A DNA stretch of 64,000 nt from the NCBI RefSeq assembly GCF_009914755.1, contig NC_060931.1; one strand, given 5' to 3'. Positions 32,830-50,359 of this stretch are shown here, piece by piece. The notes under the pieces are model-generated. The model saw nothing but the letters and a program-made list of their open reading frames with translations. It did no database searches and was not told where the DNA came from. Numbering within the stretch: position 1 is the stretch's first letter; each line of letters begins with the position of its first letter. A program made the position numbers and the translations under genes. The stretch comes from the human T2T-CHM13v2.0 reference genome, Homo sapiens.

Positions 32830-34250
32830 TTTCACTTAAACATAGCTACAGGAAAAAGACCATTATCAATGTCCATACAAAGTTCTTATTTAAAAAAAAG
32901 TAATAATAAGGTGCAGAATAACATTCCATTAGACAATGAAAGCAGGTAAGAAAGACATGTTCACAAAAGAGGTGAAAACCATAACCAAATATTTTATGAC
33001 AAGCTAAAATAAGGCAAGAAAGTGATAAAAGCTATGGAAAAACAACATACATCAAAGGTAGAAGAACTTAGAAATGACGTGTTTGTAAAGTAGGAATATT
33101 CAAAAATAGAGGTAACAAAACTACCTTTAGAAAAAGAAATTTAAAAAATCATTTCAGAAATTAAGATTAAATTACATGAAATACTAGAATAAATAAACAC
33201 ATTCTTTTTTTAAAAAGGAGATTAAAAGAAGGAAAAATTTAAAAATCCAAAAGAAATGAAGAGAGAATTTGAGAGAAAATAACAGCTCAAAAAGATATCC
33301 AAAGATGTTCAAACATATGTAAAATAGGAGGTCCTGAAAAAGAAAACCAATCAATGGAAAAGAGCAGATGCTAAAAACTATAATAAAAAAAAACTTATCT
33401 TAAAATATAAACCTCAAAGTGACATCTTGAAAGGACATATTGTTTATCTGGGGGAAAATGACTCAGAACAGAATTCAATGAGACATCTTCTTGTAAAATT
33501 ATTGGAATTTAAAGGAAAAAAATTCTTTGGATATTCAGACAAAAGAACCAGACACTTAGAGAAAGAAAACTCAATTACCAACACACTTTTTTTTTTTTTT
33601 TTTACTGCAATGGTTTATGCCAGGAGAGAGAAAATGTGAATCAACCACTTTAATCAAACTGACATTAAATTATAAATGCTTCAGACAAATTATTCTGAAG
33701 ATGTGAAAATTCAGGAAATAATATTTCAAAAATCTTTCCTTGGGAATCTCTTAAAGAAGAATTTCCAGACAACAAAATGACTGGAGAGACATTGACATAA
33801 AGACTATTGGTGAGCATTAAGTGTCTATTAGTCTATAGAACAAAATCTAAGTGAAGATTGTAAAGGTATATGTGTAAGTATGGTGCATGACGGCTGTGTG
33901 TTCTGGAAGTATAATGCAACTATCCAAAACTGGGGGAAGAATAGAGTGAGTATATGAACAGCAAATTAAATTCACTGATTACCTAATAGATATTAACTGG
34001 GAATAAAACATTACTTCAAATTGGATGCTAGGGAATGCTCATGGTAGAAACCAATAGACAACAGTAAAAAATCAGAGCTCTAAACGTATTAAGAATAATG
34101 GTTAGAATAAAGGTAATGGTTAGAACACAAATAGAAACCTTTCTAAATACCAAAAGATATACCCATAAACGTATTTGCTTATATTAATCATACAACATAG
34201 CAATGCAGCAATAAACAATTACACTTAAAAAATGTTTATGCTTGGAAGAG
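32830..34250 (+). mobile_element. Ancient L1 ORF1-like remnant (HAL1 or L1M)
   Basis: A-rich strand bias; ATAGGAGGTCCTGAAAAAGAAAAC (IGxPE-like) and RHLLVKLLEFK remnants. Confidence 0.55.
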
Positions 34251-34366
34251 GAGGAAATGGGTAAAGGGAATAGGGATAGTAGTTACAATTATTTGAATAT
34301 ACCTTGTTTTATAGATTTGACTTTGGAACTATGTATATATTTTATCCATTTATGAAACAAATGTAG

Positions 34367-34655
34367 GGCTGGGCGCAGTGGCTCACACCTGTAATCCCAG
34401 CACTTTGGGAGGCTGAGGTGGGTGGATTACTTGAAACTAGGAGTTTGAGACGAGCCTAGCCAACATGGCGAAACCCCATCTCTACTTAAAAGTACAAAAG
34501 TTAGCCAGGCGTGGTGGCAGGTGCCTGTAGTCCTAGCTACTTGGGAGGCTAAGGCAGGAGAATCACTTGAACCCAGGAGGCGGGAGGCTATGGTGTGCCG
34601 AGATCGCACCACTGCACTTCAGCCTGGGCTGAAGAGCAAGACAAACAAAACACCA
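34367..34655 (+). mobile_element. Alu (J/S)
   Basis: GGCTGGGCGCAGTGGCTCACACCTGTAATCCC start; degenerate tail. Confidence 0.9.
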
Positions 34656-34755
34656 AAATTAAATTTTAAAAATCAATTCCTAAAAAACAAAAGTGAAATT
34701 AAACAAACCTCACTGCCTATCTACATAGAGGCAAACCCACATAGAGAAAGATTTT

Positions 34756-38049
<3,294 letters not shown>

Positions 38050-38235
38050 GAGAAAGACTTTTCAAACTGACTCTAAACCACAGTACTTTGACTGTATATT
38101 CCCAGTGAGATAAACTCTAAGGATAAAAGGAAGTGTAAAATATTGTATTTTCAATGATTATATTATTGGCAGCAATATTGGTATTATTATTCTAAGTCTG
38201 CTTTGTATGTATGGAAGGATAAAACAAAATTTATA

Positions 38236-38237
38236 TA

Positions 38238-38269
<32 letters not shown>

Positions 38270-38557
38270 CTTTTTTTTTGAGACAGGGTCTCGCTCTGTT
38301 GCCCAGATTGGAGTGCAGTGGCACCATCTTTGCTCATTACAGCCTCTGCCTCCCAGGCTCAAGTGACCCACCTGAGCCTCCCAAGTACCTGGGACTACAG
38401 GCACACACTACCACACTGGGCTAATTTTTGTACTTTTTTTAGAGAGGGGATCTCACCGTGTTGCTCAGGCTGGTCTTAAACTCCTGGGCTTAAGCGATCC
38501 TCCCGCCTTGGCCTACCAAATTGCCGGGATTACAGGCATGAGCCACTGTGCCTGGTC
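38236..38557 (-). mobile_element. AluJ with adjoining (TG)n(TA)n microsatellite
   Basis: Microsatellite 38236-38269; Alu body 38271-38557. Confidence 0.88.
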
Positions 38558-38890
38558 GCAAAATAATAATTTTGATGGTATTACTGAGAACAGGATTTTT
38601 GAAAAGAGAGAAAGGAGATTTAGTGGAATCAATGAGGTAGTTATCAATTGAGCTTAAGTAAAAAATCTAACATTTTAGGTATTAATTTGATATATTTTTT
38701 CATTTAAAAAATGTTCAGAATCCCAATTTCTGGAACGGTGAAGTAGGGCCCTTCAAGATTCTTCACCTCTACAAAAGCAGTGAGAACAATGGCAAAAACC
38801 GCCAAAAATAAATGTTTTCAGAATTCTGGAAATTGAAAGCATGCAACAATTTGAGGGGTTTCATTCAAGAAATATGGCTGAACAGCAAGC

Positions 38891-39204
38891 TTTGTTTTAT
38901 TTTTTTTTTTGAGACAGGGTCTCACTCTGTCCCCCAGGCTGGACAGAGTTGTGTTCACAGCTTACTGCAGCTTCAATCTCCCAGGCTCAAGTGGTCCTCC
39001 TACCTCAGCCTCCAGAGTAGCTGGGGCTTACAGGCACGTGCCACCATGCCTAGTTAAGTTATTTTTAATTTTAATTTTATTTTTAGTAGAGATGAGGTCT
39101 TGCTATGTTGCTCAGGCTGGTCTTGAACTCCTGAGCTCGAGTGATTCTCCCACCTTAGCCTCCCAAATTGTTGGGATTACAGGCATGAACCACTGTGCCT
39201 GGCC
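38891..39204 (-). mobile_element. AluJ
   Basis: Alu body; AAGCTTT on both flanks. Confidence 0.88.
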
Positions 39205-40009
39205 CTAAGCTTTATGTTTTGGTTTGTCATAATCTCACTCCTCTAACACCTACCACACAGTTCCCATGTAACAGCCTCACAACTATAATAGCTATGAAAA
39301 CTAGCAGCTTGGTGGGCACTGGAGGAGGCACAACATGTTTGGGGCTCTCAAAAAACTCATTCCTGGAGAATTGCCACTATTTGACCTGTCTGAAAACTCT
39401 CTGGACAGATTCACTCTCGGAGCATTCCTTATGTGACCTGACACAGAGCTCATGCTGTGTGAACAACCCTGCCCTCAGGAAATTTGTTAAAAAATGACCA
39501 ACAACAATCGTTGAACAATGCAGCTGCCCAAGGCAGCATTATTGGTTGGAACTAAGAAGAGATTGACTAAAAAAAGGAAAAACCAGGGAATGCGGCTTTG
39601 AAAACGGAATAGAGCTTTGAAAAACTTCAACATAGTCCATGGAATCTAGAAGGCCACATGCTTGTGCAGGGCTGTGCATAAGCCCAGGAAAGAAAGAGAA
39701 GGCTCTGGGTGACCCCGAGGCTTTGCACGGGCAGGAATGAAGGGAAATGCAATGTTGCAAAATGTCCGCTGGAGCACTGAAGGTGTGTTTAAACACACAG
39801 AGTTCTCAGCAGAGGCTAAGGGGTTAATTGGCTCAGGCATGAATAAATCTCTGTCCAGTCATTAGTTGACCACTAAGTGAAACAAGCAGAGACTTCAGGG
39901 GCCACACATGTCAAAGAATACAGATTTTACAGAATTAGTCCAGAAAAGTCACTAAATAAGCACACAGCAGCAGCAGTAACAATAAACAGCAATAAAAGAA
40001 AAATGCTTG

Positions 40010-40399
<390 letters not shown>

Positions 40400-40561
40400 T
40401 TATCAACAAAAAGTTATAAGACATGCAAAGAAACAAGAAAGTTTTCTTAATTTGTCTACTGAAAAGACATAGAAACAATGATCAATCCAGTAGCAATAAG
40501 CATCCCTACTGCCAAGATTGTGGTCTCTAAATACTATTTCCTACATCAAGAAATAAAAACA

Positions 40562-40847
40562 GTGCGGGTGTGGTGGCTCACGCCTGTAATCCCAGCACTT
40601 TGGGAGGCTGAGGCAGGGCGGATCATGAGGTCAGGAGTTCGAGACCAGCCTGGCCAGTATGGTGAAACCCCGTCTCTACTAAAAATACAAAAATTAGCCA
40701 GGCATGGTGGTGCGTGCCTGTAGTCCCAGCTACTCACAAGGCTGAGGCAGGACAATCACTTGAACCTGGGAGGTGGAGATTGCAGTGAGCTGAGATTGTG
40801 CCACTGCACTCCAGTCTGGGCTACAGAGTGAGACTCTGTCTCAAAAC
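40562..40847 (+). mobile_element. AluS (Sg-like)
   Basis: TSD AGAAATAAAAACA. Confidence 0.92.
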
Positions 40848-41099
40848 AGAAATAAAAACAAAGGGTTTTCTGGAGAAATGGTTGATTGCAGGTCTGAGGA
40901 AGGAAATGTACAAAATGAGAGCAAAACTTCTTGTAATACCAGAAAAAAGAAAATTATCAAAACCAAGCAGTGTCATGTCAAAAGGACTCAGAAGCCAGTT
41001 GAATACACTCCAACTGACCAAAGATGGGATGATTTGAGTCGATAAGGGTAATAATTGCAATAGATCAAAAGTCGTCAAACATAGTTAAATTTATCTTAA

Positions 41100-41532
41100 T
41101 TTGGGTGCATCCCAAAAGAAGACCAGGAGACAATGAATTGAATGCCAGTGGTTTACTTGAAAGGTGATCCCAAGAAACAACACAAATTAGCGAGGAAACT
41201 GAGACAGGGAAGGAAGAACAGCAAAATGTGCATGTGACTTGAGAGCCCTCTCCTAAATGATGTAGCATGTCTCTAAAAATTGTCCTGCCAAGGGAAGGTG
41301 AAGCCACCCCTCATGGTTAAAGGTTGTCTTTTGAGGCATTGAATCTCTGTCATTTCTGGGCTGCCCACAGGTGGGCTCAGCAAGTTCCTATAGCTTTGGA
41401 GAAAGCTCTCAAAGAAGCAAAAGGAGGGTGATAAGAGAAGCTGTCAGTATGCATTGTTACTATCCAGCACAAATGCAGGTGAAATCTGAGGTGAACCCAG
41501 GGGATATGGGGTTGGACATCAACAGCATCTGC
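41100..41532 (-). mobile_element. ERVL LTR (LTR33-like)
   Basis: Same motif set as 938-1450. Confidence 0.55.
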
Positions 41533-42085
41533 TAAAAATCCTTGAGTTCATTATGATGATACTAAAACAAAGAAAGAAAGAAGAAACACACCAGCTTATT
41601 GTTCTGAAAACCAGTAAATGCAAAGAGTCAGATATTTATTGTGTTTTTCCTGTATGATATGTACCTAGAGGAAATCATATCATTGGCGAAAGAATGATTC
41701 TTTTATGGATGTATCCCAGATAATAAATGATAGAGGAATAATGGAATTCAAATACCACCATTTTAAAACCCCAACAGAATTAATGATCTAGGCAAAGATC
41801 ATAAATGTCTGCTACTATTACAAAAATAGCCAGACATCATGCACCTGTTTATGGAAGTACATAAATCCTCCAACAAAAAAGCAGCACCAAAAATATTAAA
41901 ACTGAATTTGACCAAGCCCCTAAATTTAACTACCACTTACAGAAAATATAAGCGGTCCAAGGAACATATTAAAAAACAGGGAGACAATCAATACACTCTA
42001 CATTGCAGGAAGGTCTCCAGGACAAAAGAAACAGTTTACTCAGCAAAATAGATGCAATGAAAGGGGAAAAAATTTTCCCTCATCT

Positions 42086-42779
42086 TGTTAGGGGTGGCAA
42101 ATATCTGAGTCTCACAGTACCAAATGTTGCCAGTGGAAGATATCTGAGTCACTGGCAGCAATTCTGTATGGGTCTGCAGCAACCCCAATTGTTCCCTCCT
42201 CAGAAGAAAGAATTAAACTGAGGGGTATAAGGCAGAAAAAGAGACCAAGGCAAGTTTCAGAGCAGGAGTGGAAGTTTATTTAAAAAGGCTTTAGAACAGG
42301 AAATAGAGGAAGAAATGCAAGTGGGCACGTGAGGGTCAAGTGCAGTGTTTAACCTTGAACCTTTATAGGCTGGCCCCTTTCCCATAATTCTTCCCTTAGG
42401 GTAGGCTTCCCGCATGCACAGTGCCCTCCTTACCCTTGGGAGGTGAGCATGTGCAGTGTGTTTAGGAAGTCCATCTGAGGCTTGTCCATCTGAGACTTTC
42501 TTCCCTTTTCAGATGGAGTGTACCCAGAAGGTCATACTCTGCCATTTTGTCTCTTAAGGCACATGCCCAGGAAGTTGCGTCTCCCTGGCATCTGCATTCA
42601 ATTAATATTTTAGTGCAACAGACGTGAACCATCAGGAAATGGCCTTTCTCTGGTCTAGCTGCCAATTTAGCACTTCTAGAGAGACAATGTGATAACTTCC
42701 GAATCATCACCCAAAATTCCTAGTGGGTGGGGAAGAGCCCTCTCCTGCCCCACTCTTGACCATCTAACTACCTGCCACA
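42086..42779 (-). mobile_element. ERV1 solo LTR (MER50-like)
   Basis: TG...CA ends; minus strand begins TGTGGCAGGTAGTTAGATGG...GGGCAGGAGAGGGC; AATAAA on minus near 42275. Confidence 0.7.
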
Positions 42780-43790
42780 ATATTACTCTAAAAAACAGAG
42801 AAAGCCAGAGAAACTAGTTCCTTTTAGTCTTCTTAAATTGAGACAAAATATTGTTTGTTTGAAAACTCACGATTTGTTCTTTTTGGTTAGAGTTGCTTTA
42901 AGCAAAGCTGTGAATTCCTACAAACAGAGGAACTGAAAGAAAATTTTCTCTACTGTGAGTCTCTCAGAGGGAAACTGTCAAGTAATCTCTCCATACATCT
43001 CTCTAGATACTCCACATATCCATATATATTCCATTTATCTCTACATAACTACAATTTTTCTATATATCCTTAAGTTAATCAATACAAGAAAATCTTTAAA
43101 AGTTAGATTGGGTCAGGATAAATGCTGAATTGGCACCTGGGCAGTTATGACTTAGAGTCTTCCAACACTTTCCAGCTAAAGGAGTTTGTCTTATGTCTAT
43201 CAGGCTGCCTCCTTTCCCAGGCTGTGAGTATTGGATACTTCTAGTGCATGGCCTAAGCATGTTCCTCCCAGTTTCCCATGGTACTATGTACGTACACCAG
43301 AAAACCTTTGAGCAAAATTCAAATAGGAGGGTCAAGGAGGGGAGGCAGTCTCTGGTTCTTTTTGTGCCTTATAAGTGGTTTTGCTCTTACGAGTTGGCTG
43401 CAGACTTGTCCAGGTGCCCCCTACCTCCCTCTTTATGTTCTCTGCTCTCTTCTCTCCCGCAGCCTCCGATGACCAAGGTGGCAAGCTCCATTGCTGGTGG
43501 GGGTAGCCATCTGCTCTTTATTTCCCCATCTGGAAAGCTCTGCCTACATGATTTCTAATTTTCAACCCTTGCCTCAAAGCTGCAGGCAGTCAGCTGCCTG
43601 AGAAGCAGTGTGGATGAGGCTGATACAGACCTTCCTTCCCAGTTCCTTCTGCCTCCTCGGCGAACAGTCTAGGTCAGTGATTGAGGGAACTAAAAATAGC
43701 TGAACATGCTCTAGCTAGTCATTCTCTAGTGGCTGGGTCAGATGGGGCACCGGAAAAGGGAATCATGGAGCCTGATGTACAGCCCCAAGA

Positions 43791-44013
43791 ACTGCAGCCT
43801 CCACCTCCTGGGTTCCAGTGATTCTCCTGCCTCAGCCTCCCGAGTGGCTGGGATTACAGGCATGTGCCACAATGCCGGGCTAATTTTTGTATTTTTAACA
43901 GAGATGGTGTTTCACCATGTTGGCCAGGCTGGTCTCAAACTCCTGACCTCAGGTGATCGACTCGCCTTGGTCTCCCAATGTGCTAGGATTACAGGCATGA
44001 GCCACCGCGCCCA
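43791..44013 (-). mobile_element. Tail-less Alu fragment, inverted copy of 45561-45783
   Basis: 223 bp, 9 mismatches by manual alignment, shared private variants, no poly(A) or TSD. Confidence 0.9.
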
Positions 44014-44309
44014 TGTCTGGCCCACTGCCGGTGTGTGATTTTGGCAGCAGAAAAGCAATAGAATAGACATTCACACACATACTTACGTGCACTTGATACT
44101 GTGCACATGCTGCATACACAATGACCATGGAGAAAATCCAGTGCTACCTGCAAGTCTAGAGGTTGACAAACATGGCTTGGAGGGACCTTCCTGGAGGAAG
44201 TGACTAGAAAACCAGATCTGGAGTGAAATGCTGAATGTGGACAGACACAAGGAGAGTAAAGAGGAAAGCACTCTTTTCCACGTAGCTGTTGCAACAGTCA
44301 GGAGGATGA

Positions 44310-44535
44310 GAGTGGTGGGCTCTATGGAGTTGGACAGCCCTGCTGGAAATCTACTTTGTTCCTTACTAGCTGGGTGGCCTTAGGCATGCTCCTTTACATC
44401 CGTACTCATCCATTTTTTCATCTGTAGAGTGGGGATGATGCTTACCATAGGTAGTTGTTGAGGGGATTAAGGAGGCCATTCATATACAGACCTTGCATGC
44501 CCACCTAGCACAAGGTTGGCACATATCAATTAACT
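44310..44535 (+). mobile_element. MIR
   Basis: CTTACTAGCTGGGTGGCCTTAGGCA...TTCATCTGTAGAGTGGGGATGAT...GTTGTTGAGGGGATTAA. Confidence 0.75.
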
Positions 44536-44734
44536 TCTTCTCCTTCTAATCTTTCTTTATATAGGAAATAGCACAGAGTGCAAGTCAGTTTATTCACTGC
44601 ATTCTGAAGCTCATCTGGTTGTAGCTGGAGCCCCTAAGTTTGGCTTAGGCACCAGCTTGACTTGGAGCTTCTTGAAGAACTATGATCTTGTGACTATATC
44701 AAGGTGGGTGATGCTATACTAGGTCAGTTTAGGT

Positions 44735-44995
44735 CAGGGTTTTTGGACTGCAGGTCATAACCATTAGTGGTTCAAGAAATCAATTTTATGAGCTGAAACC
44801 AGCATTAAGAAAAAAATAGGTAGAACAGAACTGCACAGAAGAGATCCAGCAATATCAGACTACATGGCACAAAGAGTTTCACTAATACACGTGTGTGTAT
44901 GTGTGTGTGTGTCCTGGGTTGCAGTGTGAACCATGTTTCTTACTGAGGCTTGTGGTCAAAAAAGTAAAAACAAACAAACAAAAATTGTGGTCTAG
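44735..44995. mobile_element. hAT-Charlie MITE (family uncertain)
   Basis: CAGGGTTTTTGGACTGCAGGTCATAACCATTAGTGG...TTTCTTACTGAGGCTTGTGGTCAAAAAAG. Confidence 0.5.
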
Positions 44996-45557
44996 AGGAT
45001 GAAAGCTTTTGTTGAGGGAGTTCTAAATGCATGAAATCCAGGCTTTCTAAATGGTAAATTCCTGAAGACAGTTTCATGCTGCTTGTAGCCGTTTTGAAGG
45101 CCTGTCGGGGAATTATCTATTTGGACCTTTTCTGGGTAAAGCAGATGGAAATGTTGGTCCAGAATTCCTCACAAGGTGCAAATGACTGAGAGCTGCTTGA
45201 TTCATTGAGGAGTTCCCACTGATCACTTTTGGCTGTAAAAAGCACCAGTATTTGGCTCGATGTAATAAGGAGGTGGAGGTATGGAGTGGAAGCGGGTGGA
45301 GAATGACATGTAGCTTGACCGGGGGGGTGGCGAAAGGTAGAAGTGAGACTTGTAGGTTTATGAAACTTCCTTTGCTCAACACATAACTGCTGAGTGTCTA
45401 CCATGGGCCAGGCCTGTGCTCAGGCTCTAGGAATACACATTTAAATAGGTGAGGCATTCTTCCTGCCTTCATAGTATTTAGTGGTAGAAACCAATAAGGG
45501 CCTGCCATAGAAATAGTTTTATCCAGTGAGTTAAAATTTTTGCTTATCAAGACTTTA

Positions 45558-46000
<443 letters not shown>

Positions 46001-47243
46001 TCATGCATATAGAAACACATATTCTCAAACAAAACGCTAAATTCAATTGCTTTTTGGTTCTGTGGCCCTGTTTTTTCAATGGGCCAGTGGTCCTCAATAG
46101 CAGAAAGCTCTCCTTGCCCACTCCAGGATTGAGAAAACCCCCTCATTCTCAGGAGTTGTGGACGCCCCACTCTCTGACTTACAAGACCAGAATTTGTGAT
46201 TTTGTTTGTAGAAAATGCTTGTTGTGGTTACTTGATAATAAAATACATGCACATTATAAAGTGTTTGGACAGGTTAATAAATTTCCAGAGCCTGGAAATG
46301 ATATACAGCTGTCTCCTTTTCCCACAGCTAAATCATTCTCCTTTTTGCTCCTGTAGGAAAAATACAGAGACCTTTCCTTCCCCAGGCAGGCTAGGGTGAT
46401 GACAAGTTGTATAAACTTCACAGAACCATTGTTTGCCATCCGTTGTGCCTTGCTAAGCAGAAGGGAGAACACTACTAATGAAGTTTAGAATGGAGGTCAT
46501 ATGGTTTAGAAGGCACTTAGGGATGAAGTCTTGCATCCGTATTTGGGTAGTGGTTTACATAGAGCAGCGGTTCTCTACTGGAGATGATACGTGTTTAAAA
46601 ATTCTTTGGTGGTTTATCTGAACTACACAGGCCCTTTGCACGGTCATATATCCTGGCATCTATCAAATTTTCAGGAGTACGTGTATGTGGTTCGGAAAAG
46701 CCCCACAGGTAATTCTGATCCTCTCCCTCCCTCCTCTACCTACTGATATAAAAGATAAAGCACCTAAACCCTGATAAAAGATACAGAGAATGGGTGTGAA
46801 AAATATAAAAACTGGAACACTCCACAGCAGGTACTATTTCTCAGAATGCATCTTTCCCTGCACTGAACAGTCCTCTGACAGTTCTAAATGTGGCATCCTG
46901 TGCAGCATTGTGATCTGAGGGCAGACAGAGCTCTTTGCCCAAGGCACATATTATCCCAAAAGCTTGGTAAATAAAGCCACAGCATTGTGCTGGAATGCTG
47001 TATCCTTTTAGAGTGCCACACGTTGTTGGCACACTGTTCTGGAGCCCAGTGATACAATGTGTTGTTTCAGCCAGCCCCGGTCAGAAACCCTGAGCAAACA
47101 AGTCATCTGACTGAAAGGAAAATGGCAGCAATTATTTCCAGTAAATTGCAAATTTAAAAATATTTCCGATGTTTTTGCATCTTGTTTTAGATGTGTCTCT
47201 TGTAAGTAGCAAATAGATTTTAAAATTTCTTTTAACTGATTTT

Positions 47244-47536
47244 TTTTTTTTTTTGAGACAGAGTTTCGCTCTTGTCGCCCAGACTGGAGTGCAGTGGCGT
47301 GATCTCAGCTCACCACAACCTCTGCCTCCCAGGTTCAAGCAATTTTCTTGCCTCAGCCTCCTGAGTAGTGAGGATTACAGGCATGCACCACCAGGCCTGG
47401 CTAATTTTGTATTTTTAGTAGAAATGGGGTTTCTCCATGTTGGTCAGGCTGGTCTCGAACTCCCGACCTCAGGTGATCCGCCAGCCTCAGCCACCCCAAG
47501 TGCTGGGGTTACAGGCATGAGCCACCGTGCCTGGCC
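47244..47536 (-). mobile_element. AluSp
   Basis: GAGTTTCGCTCTTGTCGCCC and TTTCTCCATGTTGGTCAGG diagnostics; TSD TTAACTGATTTT. Confidence 0.92.
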
Positions 47537-48497
47537 TTAACTGATTTTATGTGTGTGTGGGGGGGAATATGTGGATCATTCACATTAGGTATACAGAATT
47601 TATGTATCATTATCTTTATTGTTTTGGTATTTGTCCCACCTGTTGTTTTTTTGCCTGTCATTTTATTTTGAAATATTTTAACCATTCCACCACCTTTTCC
47701 TGTTAGTTTGAAAGTAACATACTTCATTTCTATGTCTACTAGCACAATGGAGTAAAATTAATCACTTTAACTTCCTCCTGACAATTGATATGTCTCAGAA
47801 CACTTTTAATTCAATTTACCCTGCTTCTAATATATGCTATTCTTATATATTTTAAATATCGTTTAACTTGAATCCATAAGACGTTGGTTCACAATGTTTT
47901 AGTTTGCCCATACATACTTACTACTTTGACTGCTCTTTATTCTTTCATCCTTTAGAATCCCCTTTAGTGACAGCATGCTAGTGTTGAACTTTCAGGTTGT
48001 GGTGGTCTGAGTCTTTATTTCGTCCTCTTTCTGAGTTTTAGGGGAACAGGGTTCTCTGTTGGCAGTTATTTCCTTTCGGGACATTGCGCTGTCTTCTGGC
48101 TCCCAGTGCTGCTGTTGAGAGTTGAGTGGTCAGTCTCCTTCCTTAGGTTACGATCTTTTTTCCCTCTGGCTGCTTTTAGGATACTTTCTTTGTTACTTGT
48201 GATTTGCAGTTTCACCATAATGTGTCTGGATTTAAATCATCTTGCTTGGGATTCATTGAGCTTTAATCTTTAGATTGTTGCTTCTCATCAGTTCAGGTAA
48301 ATCCTGAACCCTTCTCTCTTAAAATATAGCCTCCACTCCATGTTCTCTTTCCTCTTCTTCCATTGTTCTGATTAGACATATGTGAGGCCTTGTGTTTCAT
48401 GTTGCTTAACTTTCATTCCATTTGCTTTGTGTTGCATTCTGAATTTCTTCTGACTTGCCTTCCAAGTCATTGGTGCCTTTATAGCTGTCTAATCTGA

Positions 48498-48920
<423 letters not shown>

Positions 48921-50359
48921 TAAAAAATAAGCATAATGATTTTATGTTTCATAATTTCAGTATCTGAACCCTTGGTGAGTCATTTTTCTGCTGCTCTCAT
49001 TCATGGTGTCTTGTTGCCTATGTGATTATTTTGTGAGCCGTTCATTTTCCTTAGAAAATTATTTTGAGAATTCTTTAAGGTGTAGGATGAAAGTATCCCT
49101 TCAGGGAGAATTTGCATTTACTTCTGTCAGGCATTTAGGGAACTCTGGACTCTGCCAGTCCTGTTTAAGTTTATAGTTTTAAGGTGTCTGTAATATGTAG
49201 GGGAGGTGAATTTGGACTGCAAGGCCAGCTTGCAATGTCAGTTGCTTAGATTTTTCTTGATTTGCTCAAGTTAAGCAACTTTTCTTGCAGTTCCTTAGAA
49301 GAGGTATGGGGATAGAGTACCACTGGTTCATCCTCATCATGTAGTGGAGGCTTTTGGGAGACCTGCTTTATGGCAGGAGGGTCTTTGATTTCTGTTCATC
49401 ATGTCCTTTCAGGCCCTAAAAAGTGAAGCTCAAAGTCCCCAGGTTTGGTAAATACTCTAGGGCAAAAGCACCTTCAATGCTTTGTTACCTCTTGGGGTCC
49501 CATTTTCACTTGGATTTGACCTAGCCTGTTTATATTTCTGGAAACAGAATTTTCTAGTTATAAGAAAGAGAACCTCCTAGTTATAAAAATACAGAGAAAG
49601 TTTTTGTCAAAAGCTTGGCGTTGCTGGTTTGTATAGAAGATTCCTGGGTTTTATTCTTAATCTTCTTTCATCATATGGCCAGATTTCTTAATTTCACTTC
49701 CTAAGCTTGTTTCTCCACCTATAAAAAAGGGCATTTAAAATAGCCACTAATTTTGAAATCTGCATTAGTGAAGTCTGTAGAATCTTTGAGTGGAATTAAA
49801 ATTATCTTTATGTTGACTTGTTGCAAAAACAATTTAAGGTAATTAAAACCTTAACATTACTAAGAATACTACTAGAAGTTCAAACAGAGGAACATTTGCT
49901 AGAAACAGCCCTGAAATCTAATCTCTGCTCTGTAATTAACTTAGAGTTCTCAGTGTGGCGCCTGTGAAACGAACCTCCTCAAATTTTAGGCAAACTTGTT
50001 GTTTATTCACAAGTGAGAATTTTTCTGAGAGGAGAGTCCATAGCTCTCATCAAATTCTCAGAAGTCTAAGACCCAAGAAAAGTTATGAACTACTGAACTA
50101 CATACAAGGTAACGTTAGGCAAATAATTTAATTTCTTTATACCATAGCTTTCTAATCTGTTTTGATGAAACACCTATACTTCATGAATTTAAGAATTAAA
50201 AAAGACAGTAATATGTGAATATACTTTAAAAAAATTATCCACCTTTTTACAAAAGTACTTAAAAAATGTCGTTTCACTTTTTAAAAACACTAACATGTTC
50301 AGGGTACTAGTATTACAGAGAAGTTATCAAAACACCTTAAAAGTGTTTATTTTAATGAC

